Shown: in pieces, positions 1 to 33,930 of the stretch
Layout: every line of letters begins with the position of its first letter
Position numbering within the stretch: the first letter of the stretch is position 1
Source: Bugula neritina
Lineage: Eukaryota > Animalia > Bryozoa
Assembly: GCA_964035545.1 (NCBI GenBank)
Contig: OZ037766.1
Span: 8,050,722 to 8,114,721 of the forward strand
Reading direction: 5' to 3'
DNA length: 64,000 nucleotides
Notes under the pieces: model-generated
Database searches by the model: none
Told to the model about the DNA's origin: nothing
The model's input: only the letters and a program-made list of their open reading frames with translations
Translations under genes and position numbers: made by a program

Positions 1-1482
1 GGTGAAATGTAGATAGTCAGCAATTGAATTTTCATAAGAGAACAAATTAAAAAACAAACTACTATTTGGAAACTCTATGAAATGTATGGAAAAAATAAAT
101 CAAGGGGCTTTAAAAATAATTGATTTCAGAAATGTATGCTAAGACAATTTATTGATTAAATGAAAGCACATTTAATAGCATAAAAATACCATGTTGCATT
201 ATAATTGAATGTGAATTAAAATTTGTTGCAGATAGTCTGTATTTCTTCCTCGAAAGAGCTTATCTGTTTATTGCAGAAATTAGTCAAGGTTGAGGATTCT
301 AAGAGATAAAAGTGACTATACCACCGGTAAGATAACATGAGAGTATTGCATATGAACACAATGCGTGTCTAACAAGCTAGCAGTCACAACAGTAGTTCAA
401 GGTTGAGTTGAGGAGAGAGCGATAATGAGAAAACAAATCATAAATATTGAACACGAGTCCACAACCTTACTGTATAGCAGTAGCTTATATGAAAGAAAGG
501 AATCAGACACAATTTGCGTTATGTAGAAATTGCTGAAGGCATTGAACGGGCATATTTGTATACAGAATGCAATCAATTTCAGTTCAGACTATGCTGTTAT
601 ATAAAACTATTTGGAACAGTTTCAAAAAGAACTGTTTACACAATATAAATTGAAGCAATAAAAATCTGTTATCTCTTAAATTGATCAGCTTAAACTTTGA
701 AATTTGAACTCTAGTGAGATGGCCTGATTTAATTGGGTTTTCCATTAGCCTTAGAATGAATAGTTCTATTTTTAGGTACGCTGAGGGAGAGGTTACAATC
801 TTTTTATACAAAACAAAAATTGCACAATCAACAAATCTCAGCTATCCCCAGGGCTAAATATTTGCACGCAGATAACTAAAAGAGAAAACAATGGCCTTGC
901 ACGCATGCATATATTGTCCACTTGCTGCTATATCAACTGATATCACTAAATGAAAGGCTAGGCAGATATAAAAGATATAATTAGAGATGCTTCGTTGATA
1001 TCATCAAGATCCTCTTTCTATTTAACCATTCAAGTTACTAAGTTGAATATAAATACATCTTACAGCTGTAAAATGACTTATCATATAGAAGTTGTCTGCT
1101 CAATAGGAATGGTGAGAACAGAGCCTACAAAGAATACCAGAGGAACAAGATGGCTACAGGAGCTCAGCTTATATCGAGTGAATAAGTTGAAATGAGTTTG
1201 AAAGATATCATTACAGACAGGCTAACTCTGTCTTCTGTCAGATTTTCAGCACTTAATAAAACATATCAACTTCAGCTGATTGGTTTTCCTGTGAGTGTAA
1301 CCACTTACCAGTCTGAGAAGATAGAAGAGAGATGATCTGCACTAGAAGTCAAGTGGTCATATTAATATGTACTGCAGAAACCTTAGAATTAATTTGGGAA
1401 GAAAAGGGCTGCAGTAGTAGGAGTAGTTCTAAATATATAACTCAATAGCTATAAATATATATGAACTCTGCACCATACGAAC

Positions 1483-4400
1483 CTCTAAGATTTCTGGAAT
1501 AAAATACTTGTGTTGGGTCCAAATGGAAAGCAGCTGTAAAATATTAGCCAAAACATTGTTAATTATAAAACACACCGTTAATAGAGTATAAAAAACTGAA
1601 AAGATAAATTTTACTCACAATAACAAAGGAAAGAATTTTAATGTACTACAAAGTGCCTTTTATTTACATATCAACACCAAGGATATTCATGGAGATGGAA
1701 TTAATTAGGTTGTTAAATAAATTACAAATATTGAATAGATATGACACTATTTAGGAAAAATCTATTATTTTCAAATTACATGTTGCCCAGAAATAACTAG
1801 CATGTCAAACAGCTTTGATCCTAACTTTTCAAAGAGTGCAAATTAATAGAACTATAATGCATCAACATAGCATCTATCATTAAGTTACAGCAAAATGAAT
1901 CTTGTCAAAGATTTGTGGAAGAAATTAAAGCTATGATTTCAACATGATTGAAATGGACTGAATCTTTCACAATGTAAACATACACTGACACTAAACAAAA
2001 TATCAGGCCATACAAGCGCAACCTCCTTATAAAAATGGAGTGGAAACTTCCTTTACTGCGAGTAATGCTGGAAATCCCAGAAACTTTTATGAATCATGCT
2101 GGGTTATCTATCAACTAGAGCAGATATCGTTTGCCGCATATTATGTACATTGAATGAGGAACAGAATATCAAAAAAAATTTTAAATTTTCCATCTCAGTC
2201 ATGGAATGAGCAACAGAAATAAAAGCTGTTTCCATGAACAGGCATAATTGAATACCAGATTGATTAAAAGAGATGACACTAGCAGTTTTATACTTAAAAC
2301 TTGACTAAATATTGAAGCAGACTTTCCTCATCAACTGTTACAAGACAACCTTGAAACAAAGCCTGCTCAGTGTTGACGAAATGTCAACATATTGTGTTGA
2401 TAATATTTCAACATTTTGTGTTGACAATGTTTCACAGCGTTGACAACACCATCAGCAGCACTGACAGACGGCGTTGAAAGCAGATGACGCAGGCTTAGCC
2501 CAACCACTGACCTTTTATCTTACCATTTTCACGGTGAAACAGCATGCAGCGAGATAAGAATACAACACAAACAAGGTTATAGATGTTCAACAGCCACTGC
2601 TCCATAAGAACTTGCTCAAAATAAAATAGCTATCCCTGCATTAGTTTGTATTTAGCTAACATGTAACTTTATGATAGTCTAGCCAAACACTTTTTAGTAT
2701 CTCTATATTTCAATAGTTTTCACGAAATGGTAAAAAAAACAATGTAACATTTTATGTTTAATGATAATATTTAAAAATAATAAAATTGTGAAATGTTTAG
2801 CCACCTAACTTTATAATTGGGAAAAACCTTGAAATTTCAGTTTCCCCATCCACAAAACTCTTTCAGTATTTTTGAAAACTGCGCATATAAATATTGTCAC
2901 CTCAGCAAAGAACTGCACTACTGCTCACCTTGTGTAGCTTTGGTGACTGCTCTGGGGTAGCTTGGCAACTGGTGAGACAGAATATTGGAATTACTACATT
3001 CTCCATACTTCTCTTCAATGAGTCTGAATTCTTCCGAGCACTGGAAAACACGACAAACTAGCTTCACTTACACGGAACAGATTGGAGTGAGCGTGCTCAG
3101 TAACCCTTGTGAGAAAGTACTCATTCACGAAATCATGCATAGCCTACAAACTCATGTTTAATATCGGACTCACTGATCAAATGATTTGAATGCATGTGAA
3201 AATGTTAACTAGTTTCTGAAAAATAGAGTTGCTTGACAACAAATATAATTAAAACCAGAAATTACTATGAGGAAGAGGACTGAAGACATATTCTAGTAAT
3301 TTTTATTTTTATATCAACACAAAAATGTGGCCAACCATATTTTTAGCAGCCTTGCAGTTAACAGAAATACACAGTACTTGTATTTTTAGATACTATAAGC
3401 TTATAAAATAAGAGTTGCTGCCAGAGTAAAACTGTAGCCCCCCTCTTACCAATGGTGCATTACATCGTTTATGAGGTACGTAAGATGAAGTCTAGCTTCA
3501 AACGTAGTATCTGTCGTGTATATTCTACAACAGACACAAAACTTAAGATATGAAGATATGCTGCCAGCCAGTAAAACCCTGGCGCAGTCAGCATACTGCA
3601 AGGTCTGCAAGCATCAGTTGAGTCACGGCAAAAACTAAGGAATGCTTGGAGCGTAATAAAGCCGTGACATGAGCGACATCCTGTTTATACTGGCCTCCAT
3701 ATCGTTTGTTATTCAAACTTTGAACAGCCAAAATATGCCTTCCAAATATAGAACACCTACTGATCAATCAAGAAATATTGAACAGTGTATAGACAGTATT
3801 TGCAGACAGTACACATTGCGCAACATAAAATGACAATCACAAATCTAACTACAGACTTGAAATGTGATAGGTGTTAATTTTTCAACCCATTTTAATTGAA
3901 AATCTACAACTGTCTATTATACTATTATAACTATAGTAAACAGGCCAACATAACTTTTTTAGAATAGCTAACATGAAATGCTACATTAACAGCAATTTAG
4001 CAAAGTAATCTAAAAAGGGAGAAAATAGAGCAGCTGACCTGTTTATTAGGTAAGAAGATAAAAATCCAGAAGTAGGAGAGTCAACAATATTGACCAACAC
4101 CCAGCTTTTAGCATTCTGAATATTATCTTTAGTACATGAGTTTCTGAGTGGAGTCAGCACGGCATCAAGTTCTACCAGATCAATACCACAGTCGGCAGCA
4201 GCTGCCTTAACCTTTTCCGACCTTCTAATTCCTATGGCAGCCTCGATATCAGCCTGAAAATAAGAAGTTAGCGTTTTCTCCAGGAGACATAATGAATAAC
4301 CTGTTGGCTCAACCCGGGAAAGAAGAGTACAATTTCAATGATACGTAACCTGAATACAAACTATAATAAAGACACAAAGCTGAGATTTGACTTTGCCACT

Positions 4401-6531
4401 AACTTCATTTTCCCTTAAACTGACATACTTTGGCTTAACATTATCCTGGAAGCTGAGAAGTGTATGAGCAACTCATCTGTTACATAAGAAGGTACCTGTT
4501 GCTGGTGTGTGATAGCTTTCTCGTGAGCCTGCAGGTTTGCCTCACTCTGTTTGATCTGCTCAGCAACGGAAAGAGTTTTCTTCTGCAATTCCTGCTCTAA
4601 CGTCTTTAGCTGCTGTATTTTCCCCTGTACATAATCACTGTTGTTAGCTTTCTGTACTTGCTGCTTCTGAACTACAATATTATGTGGAGACAATGGAGAA
4701 GTTGGTATGGCAAAAGAGATTTTTAAAGTTCGTAATTCGGTCAATCTTTGGAAGGAACAGTTGTCTCTAACATGTATTTGATAGGCAAATTATTATTTTG
4801 ACATTCCCTTGCAAATGTTTGATGCAAGTGATCTTTAGATATATACAGTTGGTTGAAATAGACGGTGGTTATAAGCATTTAGCAGTTCAAATAAAAGAAT
4901 AAACTTGAAACTCTATTTCTAGATATAATACATTAAATTTTTGAATTGTAGTTATAACCGAAGAGTAATAAAAAAATAACTAAAATCCAAAATCAAACCA
5001 AAATTAATAATCAGAAAGCCCTATTGGTTGGAAGGAAATTTGTAGGCAACTTATTGTGCTGATGCACTATTAAAATACAATGGAAAAATGAGTGAGGTTT
5101 TAAATTTTAGTGATAATCTAAAGTCAAATTATGAAGATGACAAAGTTTAGTTTGAAAGGTTGAAATTAAATCATAAAATATTCAACTCCAGTAAATCGGG
5201 TGATTCCAAGTCAATAAGCTGACCAGTTCCTGTAAAATTATATTCATAGTCAATTTGAGAAAAAGTGTTATTTAAGATATCAATAAGAAAAATTATTTCT
5301 GTCCTAATCCAGATTGTAACTTCTTTAATTGACAACCCTTTTGGTCATGTGCGGACAATTGTAGAGGGGGAGATTTTTGACTTGTAGAGTCTTGCATGCA
5401 AACATAAAACAACAAGGAAGGCACGATCGGCCTCCAGCCTGCCTACCACTAGAGACTTTTAAATTCAAGAAACTGTCATGAAGTCGGCCTTATAAAACAA
5501 TTTTAAACTTTCAAAATAGGTTCACTAAGTCTAAATAAAATATATTATGATCTATAATGACTAAGATATTTTATGATTTCTTGAAAAGAAGACTGAAATT
5601 ACCCTGTAGTATTATTATAATCACACGATAGTAATCATACTAACAAATCATCTGGCACATCCTAGTTGATGAAATGAAAAGATAAAGCAGCAACTGCAAG
5701 ATTTCACGAACACAATTGGACCCAATGCATATCACTATTAGTCTAATGTCTGAAATGTTGGGTAACTATAGAAACATAAGCTAACACAGATATACTGTAT
5801 CCACACTTGGCGCCATAGGTTACTACTGCAAAAGTATACAGCAAATAAATTTATGTAACTAACCACTAAAAGGTAAACAAAAGGATTTCATCCAAACAAG
5901 AGAATTATTTCTTTATAAAGCAGTTTGCATGAAAAATTGTCTTAATATTAATTCCAGAAAAATTTTTAATATGTCAATGGGGACACATCATTAACACAAG
6001 GAACTTATCAACAATATGCATCTCTACTTGTTTCCCTACAGTAGACTAAATATAACAAAATAAAGTAAGTAATTTTTGAGATAACATAATGATGTATGGC
6101 AAAGATAGAAGTGTATTAGTCGGTGATATTGGTTCTCTCTATCAAATCTTACTTATTTGTTCAGTAGTTACTCTGTATTGGTAGTAATTGAAATGAGAGC
6201 CTCCAAACAAGAAACCAAACTGGGGGTTGTCCTTCTGTTTATTCTTCGTCATTTGCTCAAATTCTGGGCCATTACGGGCCACAAACTGTGCCAGCTTGTC
6301 AATAATATTCTTCAGTTCCAGATCTATGAAAAAGCAAATACATTATCTTAATGAAAATAGATAGTACAGCTTATGGTAAAGGAATCTGAATCAGAGTGGG
6401 CTTTGCGATCAGAAGAACAAAACTTGAAGACACACTAATCGAAAATTAATTGAAAGACATATTTTCATAATCATTTACAAGTTTTCAGCTGATGGCAACT
6501 TACCATCTGGAGGTTGGGGTAGAGAAGCCAT
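1483..6531 (-). CDS. CHERP: Calcium homeostasis endoplasmic reticulum protein (SURP + CID splicing factor), 5' part; further 3' exons not found in window
   Basis: Coding exons 6504-6531, 6153-6323, 4496-4671, 4039-4253, 3450-3524, 2929-3040, 1483-1533; all GT-AG and phase-consistent (276 codons). Translation MASLPQPPDDLELKNIIDKLAQFVARNGPEFEQMTKNKQKDNPQFGFLFGG matches the CHERP N-terminal SURP domain. SCTKDNIQNAKSWV...FEARLHLTYLINDVMHHC...LLSIWTQHKYF matches its CID domain. Confidence 0.93.
2370..2447. repeat. Degenerate ~24-bp tandem array of palindromic TGTTGA..TCAACA units
   Basis: tgttgacgaaatgtcaaca / tgttgataatatttcaaca / tgtgttgacaatgtttcaca / gttgacaaca in a CHERP intron. Confidence 0.55.
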
Positions 6532-6928
6532 TTAGAAAAGACAAGTTATTTTCTACTAACACTGATCTAAAAACAGAAAGAAAAACGCATACAATATTCT
6601 AAGATTAAATAAACATTTATAAGACTTTGCAGATTTTAGAAACTTTTAGTAATGCAGGCCTGAATAGTTTGGCATTAGGATCATATAAATGTTTTCTAAA
6701 CGTGAACAAAGTTTGGTTCAGATATTCCAAACTCGTAAGTTACAACATATTTGATCCAATACTTTACTATTCTGAAATTTAACAAGTTAAAATTTTTTTA
6801 TTGGCATTTTCATAGTGTTACATGGCTTGATATATACTAAATTTGGTTTACATAAATATAATGTATGTTGTGCATATTATTATGGGTGTCAGAAAAATAA
6901 ACTCGTTTATATAGGCAGCCAAAGATAT

Positions 6929-7935
6929 TACTATTAGTACTACTGTGTTACCATTATTAGAAGTAGAATGATTACTACTACTAATACTATTAATATTATT
7001 ACTGCACCACTATTATTATTACCATTACTACAGCTAAAAATAAGAACACTCGTCTACAACATTAACTATGAGTATTACTCTATTGATGTTACTTCAAGTG
7101 TAATTTATAAAAATTAGTATAAGTATTACTATTAATATAGGTATAAATTTATTAATGGTAATTGGACAATACGACTATTTTAACAAGTTTATAGTTGCTA
7201 TCTCTGTGAGAAACCCCTGATAGAAAGGGCTTTTGTTAACGCGGGCTAAGGACTTCTTTAAATGAGGCACAGGAGCCATTGTTACTGAATGCTCTTCCTA
7301 ACATTACCAATGGTCTTTGTCCGGGCTCAAACCCATGACCTCGTGTTTACTAGGCAAACGCTCTAACCCTTAGACCACAGCTGCTCCTGAACAATACTAC
7401 TACTAATACAGTAAAACTAAATGTAATACTAAATACTAATAGTAATACATTTGATACTCATAGTCATACGATCACTATCACAGTAAAACTAGTAGTAACT
7501 GCGAAGTAACACCAACAGTAACACAAATCAACAGTAACACAAATCAACAGTAACACAAATCAACAGTAACACTAAGTCTAACAGTAACAGTAACATCGTG
7601 AGTCTTATAAGTTATAGTCAATGTCATACTCGTACTGAGTTACTCATATTCATAGTGACTATGAGTATGACCATTACTCCATCAGTTATCACTCTCAGTA
7701 TGACTATGACTCACTATGAGTATCATGATGGTTATCATTATCAATTATTATCACTATGACTATCATCTATGATTGTCACTATGACTATGAGATTGACATT
7801 GAGTATTAGTATGGCTATAAGTATGACTGTCAGTATGAGTGACTGTATGAGTATCACTATCACTATGAGTATGACTATCACTATGAGTATGACTATCACT
7901 ATGAGTATCACTATCACTATGACTTTGACTATCAG
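6929..7935. repeat. Period-6 low-complexity tract (SWSWWW) upstream of the CHERP coding start, in the presumed first intron
   Basis: e.g. 7840-7930 gactgtatgagtatcactatcactatgagtatgactatcactatg...; contains a 16-bp unit caacagtaacacaaat x3 at 7513-7560; interrupted by a SINE. Confidence 0.9.
7178..7387 (-). mobile_element. tRNA-derived SINE
   Basis: Minus strand begins ggagcagctgTGGTCTAAGGGttagagcgtttgcctagtaaacacgaggtcatgGGTTTGAGCCCgg, with Pol III A- and B-box-like motifs at tRNA spacing. Flanked by an imperfect 15-bp direct repeat tggacaatacgacta (7163-7177) / tgaacaatactacta (7388-7402). Confidence 0.75.
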
Positions 7936-7959
7936 ATTCAGGTATACTCAAAGTCTATA

Positions 7960-8460
7960 CTTTTGAAATATTTTGAATTGTGTTTTCAAATTTCAACTTG
8001 GTCTTATGTGAGAATTTAAGTTTATTAACTTCATGAAAATTTAAATTACATCTATAATTATAAATTCATAATGATCATCGCTTTGAGTTTGATTCTGAAT
8101 GGCAGAATTTCAAAAAGTAGAAATTGGGACCGGCTTTTACAATAGCAATGTTTCTAGTAATTGTTGTTAGGATAGATCATCGCGCGCAATAGAGTGAAAT
8201 ATTATAATATTATATTAATTCCATTTCAGTGATCGCACGTCCTCTAACGCTATTTTCAACTATGAGTTGTGGGCTATGCTGATAAACATGTTACGATAAA
8301 AAACAAGGAGTTGTCTACTTCGCAAATTCATATAGCCAGCTTGGTTTTGACCTGAATCGTTCCATTTGTCCATTCAGGATTTGACCTGAATTTTCGTCTG
8401 CTCAGGATTCGACGAGAAAAATCACGTGTCAAAATAGCAAGCACCTTTTCAAAACTGCGG
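7960..8460. promoter_or_regulatory. Putative bidirectional promoter CHERP/MNK
   Basis: Lies between head-to-head genes. Local CpG cluster (atcgcgcgc ~8179, gatcgcacgtc ~8231, CACGTG ~8423) in otherwise CpG-poor DNA. Exact TSSs are not determinable. Confidence 0.55.
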
Positions 8461-8699
8461 AGATATACTAATTGCTAGCAATAACCCTCGAAGAGCAATT
8501 GATCATTTAAATGAGAGCCACATAAGACAGAGGTGGTGGTAGGGCAGAGGGTATGGTAAAAGGAGAAGAGGGAGTAGGGATTAGAACAGCAAGTGCAACC
8601 TCATGAGTGTCGCAAAGAACAGCAGAAAATCTATGATTTGGGTAATACTTAAATTCAGTACAGTTTTAGTTTGACTTTATTAATAAAAATATTAATATT

Positions 8700-9245
8700 A
8701 TAATCATATTCATACTTATAGTTAATAGTTATAGTTATACTTTTGAACTTGCAAGTTTAGTAATACTTACTAATAGTAATACTAAAACCAATACTAATGG
8801 TAATAGTAATATACTAAATCTAATGCTACTACTAATACTAATAGTAATAGTAATAATCCTGAATCATAACTTCTCTGACTCTAAGTCTATAGATTTGGCA
8901 ATGATAGTACTTTTTACTTAGTTTTTACTTAATTTTTATTTTAGCTAGACTTAGTCTAACTTAAACAAGTATATAAGTTATAATTATTACAGTTTAAATT
9001 ATGCTACTACTACTAGTGCTAAGTTTATTATAATTATAAGCTTTAACTTCCCTCAGGCTCAAAATAGAAGTAAAACTTGAGTTTCTATATTTCTTTTAAT
9101 TTTACTTATGCTTATACTTATAGTTATTCTGTTATAGTTATTAATATTTACTTATCCTGATATTAATATTTGTAAATTATATTTGATATTGGTATTTACT
9201 ATGAGCATGATCAGCAATTATAATTGTCAATGTGATATTATTATA
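8700..9245. repeat. Period-6 AT-rich tract in MNK 5' UTR intron
   Basis: agtaatacttactaatagtaatactaa..., actaatactaatagtaatagtaat; lies between putative donor 8642 (g|gtaata) and acceptor 9282 (ttgcag|). Confidence 0.75.
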
Positions 9246-9375
9246 ATTTGAATGTAAAACTTAAAATTGTTGACAATTGCAGATTTTAGTGCTGTTTATG
9301 AATTACCATTGCAACAAACCTTCAAGAGTGTGAGTGAGGAAGTTTGTGTCACCTTCAAACCAACCCTAAAGAAAA

Positions 9376-14446
<5,071 letters not shown>

Positions 14447-15804
14447 AGTAGTATACGGAATGAACATGTTTCAGCAGTGTTACCTGCTGGTTACTGGCTC
14501 AAGAATATGATTCTATGATAGCTTTTTAATGGTTTGTGCAGTGAACATCACATTATATAATGTATATATTTGCATGGCTAGCAACTACCATTCCATTTTA
14601 GTGTTTAGTAAGTTCTTGGACATGAGTGGACATGAGCAATATTACATTCGAGTGTGTATATATTTACTGTGATATCTTTAACACCACCAAAATTGTATCG
14701 TGTACTAAATGCGACATTACCTTTCTAGTGCATGCAGTGTGACCCCTTATTGTGGCCACCAACCACCCTATGTTTTGTGTTTCCACTATGATAGGTAGGA
14801 ACACATAACATAGGTTAGGAAGTCTTGCCTTACATTACCATGATGGTAACTACTACATCCATGAAAATGTAAATGCGTGCTTTTTTTAACTTGTAATATG
14901 TCATCTTCAGCTATATATGTTATTATACTAGTTATTGATCTCGTATCCTCACTAATGAAGAGTTGTTTAAAAAATTCTTGCAACTCTTTTTCTCCCCACC
15001 CCCAACTATCATAGTTTGTGCCATCAAAGAACAATTCTGTGGTTTATAGGGAACACCAGGTCATTGAAGTGTTCTCTTTTTAGTCTACAAGTTGATAGTT
15101 CTGTTTCTATCCTGCCAAGTTCTAGTCTGAAAGTGTTCTTTGATGCAATTTATGCCTATCATCTAAACATCCTTTCTGTGGTTAATAAATTTTGTGCAAG
15201 TTGGCAATCAACAACATATTACTGCTCACACCCACTCACCAGACTTTTAAACACCTTGAAAAATTTTATTTCAATTCTTATGTTTTTTTCTATTTGTTAC
15301 TTTATTCTTTCTGCATATTTGTAAGATTTTCATGTTATGTAAAATTTTGCTGTTAATAACGGTGTTGCTTTGGATTTACGCATCACTATCCTTAGCTTGT
15401 TGTTGGAAACCATCCATTTGCCTACAGCTTACTTTGTACAGTACTTTGGCCAGTTGGTCAATTTTGTTTTTAAATGGGTCAATTTTTAGGCCTGCTAAAC
15501 AGGTGCTGAGTTTCTACTGAGATGTATTGGAATTTTTATGTATAGTTTTGTCAACCCTGCGAAGGAAGATTTTATGCACATTATACATATAGCTAATCTG
15601 ACTGGGTAACTATTGTTAGTTGGCAGTTCTCAACTCAGTTGTGGTTAAATATTGTATGCTTTCGGTGCTGAGAATATTCTCACCATGCTATTCTATGTTC
15701 TCAACATAATTTTTTTTCGAGTTACTACTTGGCTGGTATTTGTTTGAGCTCATACTTTGAGCTTTTTGCTTATGAACTAATTTTATGACCATTCTTTAGT
15801 TCTC

Positions 15805-15810
15805 AATAAA
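15805..15810 (+). terminator. Candidate polyadenylation signal of MNK
   Basis: AATAAA just before the convergent PGM1 3' end; an earlier AATAAA at ~15184 is an alternative. Confidence 0.45.
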
Positions 15811-15887
15811 AGATGAAAGAAATGACCCCCCATGGTTTTGTAATTGCACCCTCTATAAATAGCATATGATATTTCACAGGAAGACAA

Positions 15888-15893
15888 TTTATT
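15888..15893 (-). terminator. Candidate polyadenylation signal of PGM1
   Basis: tttatt (AATAAA on minus strand) ~180 nt after the PGM1 stop codon. Confidence 0.55.
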
Positions 15894-16073
15894 GATACTA
15901 TCACCCTAATATTCTAAAAGATAAATGTGACAAGCTGAAATTATCAAAAATAGAAGTATAAATAAGAAACCTGCCGTTCAATTAGAAAAAATTATGGTTC
16001 ATTGTTAATGAAAATGAAAGCACAGGCACTACCACTCCAGCTACTAACCCCAGTGAAATTGCAAGCTAATATT

Positions 16074-32673
<16,600 letters not shown>

Positions 32674-33049
32674 CTTTTTTAAATTTCAATCAGTCGAATT
32701 TCTTGTTGCTACAATAAAAAATGTTTGGCATAATTATGGATACATAGAATCAAATTCAAACCTAAAATATGCATGTACAAACTACCTATTGTCAGTGTCT
32801 ATCAACAAAATATGTAAATTTTTTTATTTATTTTTGGAATCTGTACAAAGCTCTATGGTTTTATAATAGTCCATAAATGGCAGGTACTGACTTATATATA
32901 TGCTGACCATTACACCATTACAGTATTATTAGCACTTTAATTTATAATCAAAACAATACTTGATTAATCTTATAGTTATAAATCACAATGTGTACTACTT
33001 TAGGTATAATGAGAACGGTTATAAGTATTAGTACAACTATTACTGTAAA

Positions 33050-33710
33050 CTTGTGTATTACTAATACTATTAGTATTACCATTTGGCATTTTGATTTAGT
33101 AGTGACTTATCATATTGAATGATGAGTGGTACGAAGACTGAGTAAAACTAACTCTAAGACTCATACTCAGCAGTCAGTGATATTGGTAAACTAACTCTTA
33201 CTCTAACCTAAGAGTAAGGAGGTAGATGCAGCAATGGAGAAGTTGAGAAAAGCATGTGTTCTAGAGTAAAAATGTAGCAAAAGAAGTTATGTTCTCACAA
33301 GAATTTCAAGTTCATAAATGGTGTTACTAGTAGTATAACTATAATACTAAGTACAATAGTATTACTATTATTATCAGTATGAGTGCAGCTATAATTATCA
33401 ACACTAATAGTACTAGTAGTACTACTAGTAGTGATTAGTGTCACTGTCAGTGTCACATTGCCATTCTGATTCTAATACTAATAGTAATAGTAATACTAAT
33501 ACTAATACTAATAGTAATACTATATAGTCACAGTAATACTAAGTCTAATGCCAATGGCAACACTAATAGTAATAGTAATAAATTATCACTTATAATCATA
33601 GCTATACTTGAGTTATCAATCTCAGATACTAGTAGTAATCTAGAAGTCACAATCACAATGACAATGACTATGAGTGAATGACAATATGAATAAGAATATT
33701 TAACAGTAAC
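33050..33710. repeat. Period-6 tract (SWSWWW) upstream of the PGM1 first coding exon
   Basis: agtaatagtaatactaatactaat, gtcacaatcacaatgacaatgactatgagtga, actcttactctaa; acceptor of the ATG exon at 32709-32710 implies an upstream intron. Confidence 0.85.
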
Positions 33711-33779
33711 ACTGGTTAAGGTTTATGGTTTTTAAAATGTTCAACCATAACCCAAACTGAGAGACATGCATTAATTGTG

Positions 33780-33930
33780 ATAATTAAACCCACGACTAAA
33801 CACTAATAATCAGATATTGCATTAAACTATTATATTAGAATAAAATAATATTATAATTATTGAAATCTTGCAGAGGCGTAGTACCCGATTTAGCAGCGTG
33901 TGCAAGTGCTCGAGTTTTAATCGCAAAGTT
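33780..33930 (-). promoter_or_regulatory. Putative PGM1 promoter patch
   Basis: Local CpG cluster gaggcgtagtacccgatttagcagcgtgtgcaagtgctcgagttttaatcgc upstream of the gene. Confidence 0.4.

Noticed and set aside
584-1320. Possible further CHERP exons (ORF 584-811; donor-like site near 1308)
   Set aside because: No translation resembling the expected next CHERP segment.
7513-7572. CRISPR-like appearance of short repeats
   Set aside because: Direct tandem repeats without spacers in a eukaryotic intron; no cas genes.
7763-7966. ORFs encoding (SDSHTH)n and (MTITMS)n on opposite strands
   Set aside because: By-products of the period-6 tract; no splice or family support.
14786-15520. Three short ORFs after the MNK stop
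   Set aside because: Lie in the presumed MNK 3' UTR; no recognisable motifs or exon structure.
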